Shown piece by piece: positions 20,197-30,601 of a stretch of DNA of 64,000 nucleotides. Origin of the DNA: Vicinamibacterales bacterium (lineage in GTDB: Bacteria > Acidobacteriota > Vicinamibacteria > Vicinamibacterales > UBA2999); NCBI GenBank assembly GCA_050247355.1, contig JBFWUK010000007.1:71100-135099 (forward strand). The letters are read 5' to 3'. The notes under the pieces are model-generated. The model was not told where the DNA came from and searched no databases. It was given only the letters and a program-made list of their open reading frames with translations. Every line of letters starts with the position of its first letter. The first letter of the stretch is position 1. Both the position numbers and the translations under genes were made by a program.

Positions 20197-20327
20197 GGAT
20201 GATTGGGGCCAGGCCCCAAAATTCACCCGAAACTGGCGCGAAAATCGGCCCAACCTCCGGTTTCTCCGTCGGAAGGCGCCGCGGGTTCCACAAATCAGTG
20301 GATTTGGGGGCCTGGCCCCGATCATCC
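20197..20327. repeat. Long inverted repeat: 24/25-nt arms around an 82-nt spacer
   Basis: The left arm GGATGATTGGGGCCAGGCCCCAAA (20197-20220) is the reverse complement of TTTGGGGGCCTGGCCCCGATCATCC (20303-20327), apart from one substitution and one extra G. Confidence 0.75.
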
Positions 20328-20375
20328 CCCCGATCATCCCAGGATCCCCTGGCCCCCGATCATTCCGATCATCCA

Positions 20376-20404
20376 TTGACGGCGCCGTTGGGGGGCGGTA
20401 ATGT
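20376..20404 (+). promoter_or_regulatory. Putative sigma70-type promoter of the arsR-ATPase operon
   Basis: TTGACG (20376-20381), an exact 17-nt spacer, then TAATGT (20399-20404). The predicted transcription start falls inside the operator, about 10 nt before the ATG. Confidence 0.5.
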
Positions 20405-20421
20405 ATGAGCAATTGCTCATA
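20404..20421. promoter_or_regulatory. ArsR/SmtB-type operator: perfect 18-bp palindrome
   Basis: TATGAGCAATTGCTCATA is its own reverse complement. It abuts the -10 element and ends on the A of the arsR start codon. Confidence 0.7.
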
Positions 20422-20854
20422 TGTTCAATCGTGATGATGTTTGCGACCTCGTTCAAATCGACCTGGCGCGCGTTCGCGCGTTGCGCGGCCTGCTGACGGG
20501 GCCGGATGCGGTGCAGGCGCTGGCCAATACGTTCAGCGCCCTGGGCGACCCGACGCGCGTGCGCATCCTGGACGTGCTGTCGCACGGCGAACTGTGCGTG
20601 TGCGACCTGGCGGCGGTGCTCGGGCTGAGCCAGTCGGGCGTGTCGCATCAACTGCGGCTGCTGCGCGGCATGCGCCTGGTCCGCCCGCGCCGGGACGGCC
20701 GGGTGGTCTTCTACTCCCTCGACGACCAGCACATCATGGCGATCTTCCGGCAAACGTTGCAGCACGTGGAAGAGAGCGGGGATCAGGGATCGAGGACCAG
20801 GGAACAGGGATCGGGGAGCATGAAGGCCGGCAAACCGGCGCGAGGCCATCAGCG

Positions 20855-20858
<4 letters not shown>
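20421..20858 (+). CDS. ArsR/SmtB family metal-sensing transcriptional repressor
   Basis: ELCVCDLAAVLGLSQSGVSHQLRLLR provides the helix-turn-helix and a CVC metal-site motif. Confidence 0.9.
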
Positions 20859-22798
<1,940 letters not shown>

Positions 22799-22823
22799 GT
22801 CCGGCGGGACGACTGGTCCGCCT

Positions 22824-22956
22824 AAAGGCGGACGCCACATCGACGTACAGACCGGACGCCACATCGACGTAAAGGCCGGACGCGACATCGACGTAAAGGC
22901 TGACGCCACATCGATGTAAAGGCGGACGCGACATCGACGTAAAGGCGGACGCCACA
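22824..22956. repeat. Tandem repeat, about 5.7 copies of a 23-24-bp unit (consensus AAAGGCGGACGCCACATCGACGT)
   Basis: Units lie at 22824-46, 22847-70, 22871-94, 22895-917 and 22918-40, with a partial unit to 22956. Each has 1-4 substitutions or indels. The array sits between two convergent gene ends. Confidence 0.9.
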
Positions 22957-23012
22957 CATGACTTGCGGCACCACAGCGGCTGGTAGCGAACGGCTTTAGC
23001 CGGACCTGGCCC

Positions 23013-23732
23013 TCAGGTTTTCACCGACCGGAAGAAATGCGCGTTGACGAACTCGTCGATCGCCGCCTGGTCGGCGGCCTTCACGCTGGTGAACCGCATG
23101 CCCATGCCCGACCGTCCTTCACTCCAGCACACCACGCCCTCGGTCTCGAGCTCGCGCTTCGCTCCGGGCAGCGCGAACCGCACCTTCACGGCCGCGTCGC
23201 GCGACAGCGGCCCCGAGGTGCGAATCGCCATGCCGCCGCAACTCAGGTTGAGCGACAGCGCCGCGGCGATCGTGCCGGCGGCCCGGTACGACACCGGAAT
23301 GCCCATCACGACCCGCGGGCCGCTGCGCCGGTTGAAGTCGTCGGGAAACAGGTGCGGGGCGATCGACGGCAGGATGTGCTCCACCACGCTGTACTCGTTC
23401 AGGTAGCCGCCGACACCGAGTGCAGCCAGGTCGCGCACCTCCTCGCTGCTGGCCACCGTGCCGCTGAACACCAGGATCGGCAGGCGTCCCTGATCCAGCT
23501 TGCGGATGCCGCGCACCAGTTCGACGCCCGACGCGTGCGGCATGCGCAGATCCAGTACGATGAGGTCGAGGTGGTCGAGGTCGGCGTGCACCTGCGCCAG
23601 CAACTGGGCCACGCTCTTCACGACCAGCGCGCGGTGACCGGCGGCGTCGAGCGCGGCCTTGAACCGATCGCGCACGAACGGCGTATCGGAGGCGACGAGC
23701 ACGGTCTTGTGCTGTGAAGTGGGAACCGTCAT
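23013..23732 (-). CDS. Response-regulator receiver domain fused to a PilZ c-di-GMP-binding domain
   Basis: REC domain (LIVLDLRMP phospho-acceptor Asp region). PilZ motifs RRSGPR (RxxxR) and NLSCGG (D/NxSxxG). Confidence 0.85.
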   Translation of the reverse strand: MTVPTSQHKTVLVASDTPFVRDRFKAALDAAGHRALVVKSVAQLLAQVHADLDHLDLIVLDLRMPHASGVELVRGIRKLDQGRLPILVFSGTVASSEEVRDLAALGVGGYLNEYSVVEHILPSIAPHLFPDDFNRRSGPRVVMGIPVSYRAAGTIAAALSLNLSCGGMAIRTSGPLSRDAAVKVRFALPGAKRELETEGVVCWSEGRSGMGMRFTSVKAADQAAIDEFVNAHFFRSVKT

Positions 23733-23834
23733 ATCGCGCGCGGCGCGCGGCCAATTCGTTGCAGACTGTATCAGGTTCTCGCTATAATTTGCTGGACCGT
23801 CCGTTCACTTCAACGCCGCCAAGGAGCGCCGAGC

Positions 23835-24089
23835 ATGTCCGCGATTTGTCCCGAGTGTGATTCGCCCATTGATGTTGATGAGTTCGATGTTGACATCGGC
23901 GACGAGCTCACCTGCTCGGAGTGCGGGTCGTTCCTGCGGGTCGCCAGCGACTCGCCGCTGGAGTTCGAACTCGCCGACGAGGACGAACTCGACGAAGAAG
24001 AAGACGAGGAAGAGAAGGACGGCGAAGAAGAGGATGCCGACGACGACGACGAAGACGACGACGACGACGACAAGGACGACGACGAGTAG
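23835..24089 (+). CDS. LysW-like zinc-ribbon amino-group-carrier-type protein with a hyperacidic C-terminal tail
   Basis: An AAGGAG Shine-Dalgarno lies 8 nt upstream. The N-terminus CPEC-x17-CSEC followed by SPLEFELADE matches the LysW layout. The last 40 residues are almost all Asp/Glu and the protein ends in a C-terminal Glu (...KDDDE). Confidence 0.7.
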   Translation: MSAICPECDSPIDVDEFDVDIGDELTCSECGSFLRVASDSPLEFELADEDELDEEEDEEEKDGEEEDADDDDEDDDDDDKDDDE

Positions 24090-24909
24090 CGAACTCGCCG
24101 GCAAGGCCGCGCGCCTGCGCGAGATCCTGGCCGGCTGCGACTCGGTCCTGGTCGCCTTCAGTGGCGGCGTCGACAGTGCCTACCTCGCCATCGCCGCGTC
24201 ACAGGCGCTGGGGCCGCGGGCCCTGGCGGTGACCGCCGACAGCCCGAGCTATCCCGACACGCATCGTCAACTGGCGCTCGCGATCGCGCGCGATCACAAC
24301 CTGGCCCACGAGGTGATTCACACCGCCGAACTGGACCGCCCCGAGTACCGGGCCAACCCCGCGAACCGCTGTTACTTCTGCAAGGACGAACTCTACGGCC
24401 GCCTGAGCGAGGTGGCCCGCGCCCGCGGCCTGGCCGTGATCGTCGACGGCAACAACGCCGACGACCGCGGCGACTACCGGCCGGGCCGGCAGGCCGCCCG
24501 CGAGCACGGCGTACGCAGTCCACTCGACGAGGCCGGCCTGACCAAGGACGAGATTCGCGAGCTGTCGAAGCAGGCCGGCTTGAACAGCTGGGACGAACCG
24601 GCCTCGGCGTGCCTGTCGTCGCGCATTCCGTACGGCAGCGAAGTGACGGACGAGGCGCTGCGCCAAATCGAGCGGGCCGAGCAGGTGCTGCGCGATCTCG
24701 GGTTCCGCATCTTCCGCGTGCGCCACCACGACACGGTGGCCCGCCTCGAAATTGCCCGTACCGAGATGCCGCGCGCGCTCGAGCCGGCGGTCAACGCGCA
24801 ACTGGTCGAGTCGATCAAGGCGCTTGGTTATCAGTACGTGAGCCTCGATCTGCAGGGCTATCGGTTAGGCAGCCTGAACGAGGCGCTGCGCCTGCGCCCC
24901 GTCTCGTGA
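24034..24909 (+). CDS. larE: LarE-type PP-loop ATP pyrophosphatase (sulfur transferase family, TIGR00268-like)
   Basis: SGGVDS PP-loop, RCYFCK (CxxC) and SACLSSRIPYG (the LarE Cys position). Homology begins near residue ELAGKAARL (about 24093). The only in-frame canonical start is ATG 24034, inside the upstream gene, so the start is uncertain. Confidence 0.75.
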   Translation: MPTTTTKTTTTTTRTTTSSELAGKAARLREILAGCDSVLVAFSGGVDSAYLAIAASQALGPRALAVTADSPSYPDTHRQLALAIARDHNLAHEVIHTAELDRPEYRANPANRCYFCKDELYGRLSEVARARGLAVIVDGNNADDRGDYRPGRQAAREHGVRSPLDEAGLTKDEIRELSKQAGLNSWDEPASACLSSRIPYGSEVTDEALRQIERAEQVLRDLGFRIFRVRHHDTVARLEIARTEMPRALEPAVNAQLVESIKALGYQYVSLDLQGYRLGSLNEALRLRPVS

Positions 24910-27248
24910 CGGCGCCGCGCGCGCTGGCCGCGCTGGCGCTGGCGTTCGCGCTGGCCCACGTTCCGTTTCTCGCCCACTCCCTTGAAGACATCGACTCGGT
25001 GAACTTCGCGCTCGGCGTGCGCGACTTCGACGTCGCCGAGCACCGGCCGCACCCGCCGGGCTATCCGTTGTACATCGCCATTGGCAAGGTCGGCACCGCG
25101 GTGGCCGGCGCGCTGATGACCGGCGCACCGGCGTCAACGGTCGAGGCACGCGCCCTGGCCGGCGTGTCGCTGTTGGCGGGCCTGATGTCGATTGCCCTCC
25201 TCTATGGGGTGTTTGCGAGTCTTGGTTCCCGATCGCCGTCAACGTCGCCGCCGCGGGCCACGCTGCATCTCGAAGCCCTTGCCGCCACCGTCGTCACGGT
25301 GTCTTGCCCGCTGTTCTGGTATCTCGCCGCCAGGCCGATGAGCGACCTGCCGGGCCTGGCCGCCGCGCTGGCCGCGCAGGCCTGCCTGATGCTGGCGTGG
25401 TGGCGGCAAGGGCCGGGTCCGGACGGTGATCGGCGCCTGTCGCCGGCCCTGACGGCTGCCTCGGGCCGCATGATCGTGCTGGGCTCGCTGCTGGCGGCGC
25501 TCAGCATCGGCATGCGATCGCAAACCGTCTGGTTCACGCTGCCGCTGCTGGTCCTGGTGCTGCTCGATCGGGTCGGCCGCGGCGTCGCCGGCGCGATGAT
25601 TGGCGGCGGCATCATGTTCGTGGTGGGTGGCCTCGCCTGGGGCATCCCGTTGCTCGTGGCGAGCGGCGGACTCGGCCCCTACCTCGCCGCACTCGGCACC
25701 CAGGCCGGTGAAGACTTTGCCGGCGGCGAGATGTTGTACACGAATCCATCGCCGCGTGCGGTGGCGTTCGCGCTGATGCGCACGTTCATCGATCCATGGG
25801 ATTCGCCGGCCCTGGGCGTCGTCGTGCTCGCGTTGGCGGCGTTGGGAATCGTACGCCTTGCGATGCGCGATCGCCGCACGCTGGCGGCCATCGTGGCGAT
25901 GAGCGCCCCCTACCTGGTGTTCCACCTGGCGTTCCAGGACACGTCGTTCGTGAGATACGCGCTGCCGCTGGTGCCGCCGGTTGCCTTCCTGGCCATGCGC
26001 GGTGCCGCGGTGGCCGCCGACCGCGGCGTGGCGGCGACCGCGGGGGCTATCTCGCTGGCCTCCCTGTTGGTTGCCAGCCCGGTCCTGGCTGCGTATGGCA
26101 GCGAACCGAGTCCGACGGTCCGCGTGCTTGCGGCCATGAACGCCGCCACGCCGCCCGGCGCCGCACCAGCGCTGGCGATGCACCAGACGTTCAAGCGGCC
26201 GCTCGAGGCCGAGGAAATCGCGTTTGCCACCGTCCTCCCCTCGCCACCGCGGCTCGAGTGGCTGGAACTGGCGAAGTTCTGGCGCGATGGCCGAACTGAT
26301 CCGATCTGGTTCCTCGCCGATCCGCTGCGCAGCGATCTGGCCTTGATCGATCCGGCGAGCCGGGCCGACTTCACCGAGTTGCGATGGCCGCTGGTGGCGC
26401 GCCCTGCCTTCGGCGGCATGCGGCCGTCGGCGGTGCGGTGGTACCGCATGCCTGCACCCGGCTGGTATGCGGAGGAAGGGTGGTCGCTGACGCCGGAAAC
26501 GTCGGGCATGGCGGCCCTGATGGGCCGCGGCCCTCACCTGGGACCGATCACCGCGCAGCTACGCCGGCGGCCGGGCGCGGCCGCGGTCATGGTTGGCGGC
26601 CGCAACCTGGCCGGCCCCGGCGCTTCGGCCGCCCGCTTTACGCTGGCCATCGACGGGGTGACGCTGCAGCAGTGGGAGGCCGCGCCGGGTTTCTTCCTGC
26701 ACGTGTTCGACATCCCGGCCGGCCGCCTGATGGGCGACGGCGCCTTTGCGCGCCTGACGATTCAATCGAACCCCGTCTCTGGTACGGCTGAGGTTCGGAC
26801 GGCCATCGAGCAGTTCGATCTGCAGGGTCCTGACCGCCTGATGTGGGGCTACGGCGACGGATGGAACGAAGCCGAGTACAACAACGTGCTCGGGGTCTGG
26901 CGCTGGACCAGCGAGCGTGCAACGCTGCGCATTGCCGGGCCATCGCAGGACGTTCGCATCGCGTTGACCGTCGAGTCACCGCTTCGTTACTTCGAGGCTC
27001 CCGCCGCCGTCCGCGTGCGGGCCGGCGACCGCGAGATCGCGGCCACCACGCTTGCCGACACCGGCGCCTGGGCCTTCACGGTGCCCGCCGCGGCTCTCGC
27101 CGCGTCCGGCGGCATGGTGACCATCGAGACCGACCGCACGTTCGTGCCCGCCGAACGCGGCGGCGGCGCCGACAATCGGCGGCTGGGCTTGCGCATCCTG
27201 GCGATTGATGTCGCTAACTCGTTGACACCGGCGGAAGTGACCCGCTAA
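24906..27248 (+). CDS. DUF2723/TMEM260-like GT-C membrane protein (putative glycosyltransferase) with a large C-terminal soluble domain
   Basis: The GTG start overlaps the larE stop (GTGA). The HPPGYPLY motif follows the first TM segment. There are about 10 TM segments and then a 330-aa extracytoplasmic region. Confidence 0.7.
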   Translation: MTAPRALAALALAFALAHVPFLAHSLEDIDSVNFALGVRDFDVAEHRPHPPGYPLYIAIGKVGTAVAGALMTGAPASTVEARALAGVSLLAGLMSIALLYGVFASLGSRSPSTSPPRATLHLEALAATVVTVSCPLFWYLAARPMSDLPGLAAALAAQACLMLAWWRQGPGPDGDRRLSPALTAASGRMIVLGSLLAALSIGMRSQTVWFTLPLLVLVLLDRVGRGVAGAMIGGGIMFVVGGLAWGIPLLVASGGLGPYLAALGTQAGEDFAGGEMLYTNPSPRAVAFALMRTFIDPWDSPALGVVVLALAALGIVRLAMRDRRTLAAIVAMSAPYLVFHLAFQDTSFVRYALPLVPPVAFLAMRGAAVAADRGVAATAGAISLASLLVASPVLAAYGSEPSPTVRVLAAMNAATPPGAAPALAMHQTFKRPLEAEEIAFATVLPSPPRLEWLELAKFWRDGRTDPIWFLADPLRSDLALIDPASRADFTELRWPLVARPAFGGMRPSAVRWYRMPAPGWYAEEGWSLTPETSGMAALMGRGPHLGPITAQLRRRPGAAAVMVGGRNLAGPGASAARFTLAIDGVTLQQWEAAPGFFLHVFDIPAGRLMGDGAFARLTIQSNPVSGTAEVRTAIEQFDLQGPDRLMWGYGDGWNEAEYNNVLGVWRWTSERATLRIAGPSQDVRIALTVESPLRYFEAPAAVRVRAGDREIAATTLADTGAWAFTVPAAALAASGGMVTIETDRTFVPAERGGGADNRRLGLRILAIDVANSLTPAEVTR

Positions 27249-27407
27249 TCTGCGGGCACCAACTCAGTTGCCCCAGCAGACTTCGCGGAATGCATGGGAG
27301 ATCGGAAGTGGCCGTTCCCCAGGAACGGGCCAATGGATTCAGAGAGCGACCGTGGTGATCCGGTTTCGATTGCGCCGAACTCACCAGCGGTAGATCGAGG
27401 AGATCGA

Positions 27408-27989
27408 ATGACGATCAGTTTGCTTCGACGGACAGTAGGTGTGGCCACCGTTTGCGTGGTGCTGGGTCTGGGTGCCGCCGCTTGCGCGAAGAAAGCGCCG
27501 GCCCCCGCGCCGCCACCGCCGCCTCCTCCGGCGGCTCCGGCAACGCCGCCACCGCCACCTCCTCCACCGCCGCCGCCGGCGGCGCCGGCTCCGCGTCCGC
27601 TGACGGAAGACGAGCTGTTCGCGCAGAAGAGCCTGGACCAGCTCAACTCCGAGCGGCCGCTCGGCGACGTCTACTTCGACCTGGACGAGTCGTCGATCCG
27701 CGATGACGCCCGCGCCGCGCTCGCCACCAACGCCACCTGGCTGAAGCGCTGGACCAACACGCGCATCAGCATCGAAGGCCACTGCGACGAACGCGGCACT
27801 GCCGAATACAATCTCGGGCTCGGTGAACGCCGCGCCTCGGCGGTCAAGGCCTACCTGGTGGAACTGGGCGTGCCGGCCGATCGCGTGGTGATTGTCAGCA
27901 AGGGCAAGGAATCGCCCTTCTGCACCGAGTCGAATGAGGCGTGCTGGCAGCAGAACCGCCGCGGCCACTTCATCATCACGGCTAAGTAG
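27408..27989 (+). CDS. pal: Peptidoglycan-associated lipoprotein (OmpA-family C-terminal domain) with a polyproline linker
   Basis: GAGGAG Shine-Dalgarno and a lipobox-like LGAAAC. The linker APAPAPPPPPPPAAPATPPPPPPPPPPPAAPAP precedes the OmpA-like motif GHCDERGTAEYNLGLGERRA. Confidence 0.85.
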   Translation: MTISLLRRTVGVATVCVVLGLGAAACAKKAPAPAPPPPPPPAAPATPPPPPPPPPPPAAPAPRPLTEDELFAQKSLDQLNSERPLGDVYFDLDESSIRDDARAALATNATWLKRWTNTRISIEGHCDERGTAEYNLGLGERRASAVKAYLVELGVPADRVVIVSKGKESPFCTESNEACWQQNRRGHFIITAK

Positions 27990-28009
27990 GCTCCGGCTTC
28001 AGCCGGAGC
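27990..28009. terminator. Bidirectional hairpin between convergent pal and pyrF
   Basis: GCTCCGGC-TTCA-GCCGGAGC forms a perfect 8-bp stem starting 1 nt after the pal stop. There is no U-tract. Confidence 0.45.
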
Positions 28010-28021
28010 GTGCTCAGGAAG

Positions 28022-28723
28022 CTACAGCGAAGCGGCGATCTGCTCGGCCGCTTCGCGAGGATTGGGCGCTCCAGTGATGGGGCGCCCAATTACCAGGTAG
28101 GTCGATCCCGCCTGCATTGCTTCGGCCGGCGTCAGTGTCCTCGCCTGATCGTCCTTGCCCTGCTGATCAGCCGGGCGAATCCCCGGCGTCACAATCTGAA
28201 AGTCTGGACCGCATGCCGCGCGGATGGCCGCCGTCTCTTGCGGCGACGCCACCACACCGTCGAGTCCGCTGTCCCTCGCCAGGCGAGCGAGGTGCACCAC
28301 CTGATCGATCAGCGGCCGCGTGACGCCGACTTCCGCGAGGGCAGCCTCGGTCATGCTCGTCAACACGGTCACGCCAATGACCAGCGGGCGCGGCCGGCCC
28401 AGGGCGGCCGCCGCCGTGGTTGCCGCCTCCGCCGCCGCCTTCATCATCGCGCTGCCGCCCGACGCGTGGACGTTGACCATCCAGGCACCGGTGGCCACCG
28501 CCGACTCCACTGCGCCCGCCACGGTGTTGGGAATGTCGTGAAACTTCAGGTCGAGAAACACCCGGTCGCCGCGGCTGGTCAGCTCCTGCACCATCGCCGG
28601 CCCGGCCGCGGTGAACAACTGCTTGCCGATCTTGTAACCGCCGACGGCTCCCCGCAGCAGGTCGGCCAGCGCCACGGCCTTGGCGGCCGAATCGACATCG
28701 AGGGCAACGAGAATCGGGTTCAT
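28022..28723 (-). CDS. pyrF: Orotidine 5'-phosphate decarboxylase
   Basis: [15 protein letters not shown] and [13 protein letters not shown] motifs. Confidence 0.9.
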   Translation of the reverse strand: MNPILVALDVDSAAKAVALADLLRGAVGGYKIGKQLFTAAGPAMVQELTSRGDRVFLDLKFHDIPNTVAGAVESAVATGAWMVNVHASGGSAMMKAAAEAATTAAAALGRPRPLVIGVTVLTSMTEAALAEVGVTRPLIDQVVHLARLARDSGLDGVVASPQETAAIRAACGPDFQIVTPGIRPADQQGKDDQARTLTPAEAMQAGSTYLVIGRPITGAPNPREAAEQIAASL

Positions 28724-29676
28724 GCGTGGGTGGCTCTCGGGGGCGTCGGATCGAACGCGCCGATCAGGTCGCTGAGACGGGCGACGTGGTGCCGCGTCAT
28801 GTAGTCGGCGAGGCCGTCGAGCACCTTGGTCCAGACGAACGGGTCGACAAAATTCTGCGTTCCGATCTGCACCGCAGTGGCGCCGGCCAGCATGAACTCC
28901 AGCGCATCACGCGCATCGGTGATGCCGCCCATGCCAATTACGGGAATTTTCACCAGTTGGTAACACTCCCACACCATGCGAACGGCAATCGGGCGAATAG
29001 CCGGACCACTGAGGCCGCCCAGCACGTTGCTGATCTTCGGCCGCCGGGTCTCGACGTCGATCGCCATGGCCAGAAAGGTGTTCACCAGCGACACCGCGTC
29101 GGCGCCGGCGTCTTCCGCCGCCTTGGCGAACGACGCCACGTCGGTCACGTTCGGCGTCAGCTTCGGGATGACCGGCAGGGTGGTCGCCTTGCGCACGGCA
29201 CTGACCACGTCGAAGGTGCCGTGCAGGCTGCACCCGAACTGGATGCCGCCTTCCTTGATGTTGGGGCACGAGATGTTGAGTTCGATGGCGGCCACGCCCT
29301 CGGCATCGGACAGCACCTTGCACACCTCGACGTATTCATCGAGCGTGGTGCCGCAGACGTTGACGAAGGTGCGGGCGCCGCGCTCGCGCAGCAGCGGCAG
29401 CTTCTCCTTGACGAAGCGGTGCACGCCAATCCCCTGCAGGCCGATGGCGTTGATCATGCCGGCCGGCGTCTCGACAATCCGCGGTGGCGGGTGTCCCTGG
29501 CGCTCCTTCATGAAGAGCCCCTTCGAGACAATGCCGCCCAGCAGCGACAGGTCGACCACCTGGTCGTACTCGAGCCCGTAGCCGAAGCAGCCGCTGGCGG
29601 CAATCAGCGGGTTGGCCAGTGTGAGCGAGCCGATCGAGACCGAGAGATCAGGCGACGTCATTGACGGGCTATCCAT
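28720..29676 (-). CDS. pyrD: Dihydroorotate dehydrogenase, class 1B catalytic subunit
   Basis: 318 aa. NISCPN (catalytic Cys loop) and [24 protein letters not shown]. It lies next to a PyrK-type subunit and overlaps pyrF by 4 nt. Confidence 0.9.
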   Translation of the reverse strand: MDSPSMTSPDLSVSIGSLTLANPLIAASGCFGYGLEYDQVVDLSLLGGIVSKGLFMKERQGHPPPRIVETPAGMINAIGLQGIGVHRFVKEKLPLLRERGARTFVNVCGTTLDEYVEVCKVLSDAEGVAAIELNISCPNIKEGGIQFGCSLHGTFDVVSAVRKATTLPVIPKLTPNVTDVASFAKAAEDAGADAVSLVNTFLAMAIDVETRRPKISNVLGGLSGPAIRPIAVRMVWECYQLVKIPVIGMGGITDARDALEFMLAGATAVQIGTQNFVDPFVWTKVLDGLADYMTRHHVARLSDLIGAFDPTPPRATHA

Positions 29677-30492
29677 TCAGTCCCACACCAGTTCCGCGCC
29701 ATCGAAGACCGGGCCGCTGATGCAGGAACGCACGAGATTGGCTTCCTCGTTGCCGTGCTTCACGGGGACGACGCAGCTGTAGCAACCGCCGAGGCCGCAC
29801 CCCATGACGCGCTCGACTGACACCTGCGACGGCTGGTTGTAGCGCGCCGCCAGGGCGGCCACCGCGGCCAGCATGGGCTCGGGCCCGCAGGCGTAGACCA
29901 TGGCCGTGTCGCCGGCGCCGAGCGTCTTCAGGGCCTCTTCGAGCGGCAGCGTGACGCGTCCCTTGCTGCCGCGCGCGCCGTTCTCGGTCGACAGGACCAG
30001 CGTGACGCCGAGCCGTTCGAACAGATCCAGGTAGAACAGCTCTTCACCGGTCCGCGCCCCGTAGAACAGCGTCGTCTCGGTCCCGGCAGCCGCCAACGCC
30101 TCGGCCAGCGTCGCAAACGGCGCCAGGCCAACACCGCCGGCCACCATCCAGGCCCGGTCCGGGGGCGACACGGTCTTGAACGGCTGACCCAGGGGGCCGA
30201 GGCACGACACCACGTCGCCGGGTTCGAGATCGTAAAGCCGCCGCGTGCTGCGACCGGCGCGCTTGTTGAGGATGCTGATGCCGGTGATTGCGCCGCGCTC
30301 ATCGCGCAGCACTTCGAACACCGAGAACGGCCGGCGCAGCAACGGGTCGGTGACCCCGGCCGGTTTGACCATGACGAACTGGCCCGGCTGCGTTCGCGCG
30401 CCGACCTCGGGCGCGGCCAGGCTGAGGACGGAGTAGTCGCTCGACAATCGCGCGCTGGCGATCACTGTCGCGTCGACGTCGATTGGCGGCAT
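29677..30492 (-). CDS. pyrK: Dihydroorotate dehydrogenase electron-transfer subunit (FAD / [2Fe-2S])
   Basis: 271 aa from ATG 30492. It has a ferredoxin-reductase-like fold with an RPFSV FAD motif and a C-terminal Cys cluster (MGCGLGGCYSCV). Confidence 0.85.
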   Translation of the reverse strand: MPPIDVDATVIASARLSSDYSVLSLAAPEVGARTQPGQFVMVKPAGVTDPLLRRPFSVFEVLRDERGAITGISILNKRAGRSTRRLYDLEPGDVVSCLGPLGQPFKTVSPPDRAWMVAGGVGLAPFATLAEALAAAGTETTLFYGARTGEELFYLDLFERLGVTLVLSTENGARGSKGRVTLPLEEALKTLGAGDTAMVYACGPEPMLAAVAALAARYNQPSQVSVERVMGCGLGGCYSCVVPVKHGNEEANLVRSCISGPVFDGAELVWD

Positions 30493-30601
30493 CGATCGAG
30501 TATAGCAAGGCGGGTACAATGTCTGCGACCCGCGGCTCGTGACCGGGCGCGCCCGAAGGCGGGCGCCACGGCGACTCGACGGGCGCCCCATCGGTTCCCA
30601 C

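Noticed and set aside
20441-20854. The 138-codon N-terminal extension of the ATPase ORF that overlaps arsR.
   Set aside because: It lies entirely inside the well-supported arsR gene in another frame. It is Arg/Pro/Ala-rich and contains no HMA (GMxCxxC) motif.
22824-22956. Possible CRISPR array.
   Set aside because: The units are directly adjacent with no unique spacers and are only 23-24 bp long. There are no cas genes in the window. It is a simple tandem repeat.
23805-24104. Minus-strand ORF encoding poly-Val/Phe (99 aa), and ORF 27245-27646 encoding poly-Gly.
   Set aside because: They are antisense translations of the GAC/GAA acidic-tail repeat and of the Pal polyproline tract. They have no Shine-Dalgarno and no independent support.
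30493-30601. A PyrR hairpin upstream of pyrK-pyrD-pyrF.
   Set aside because: No CUCUUUAA...AAGAG stem and no CNGNGA loop is present. Only a TATACT -10-like box lies close to the ATG.
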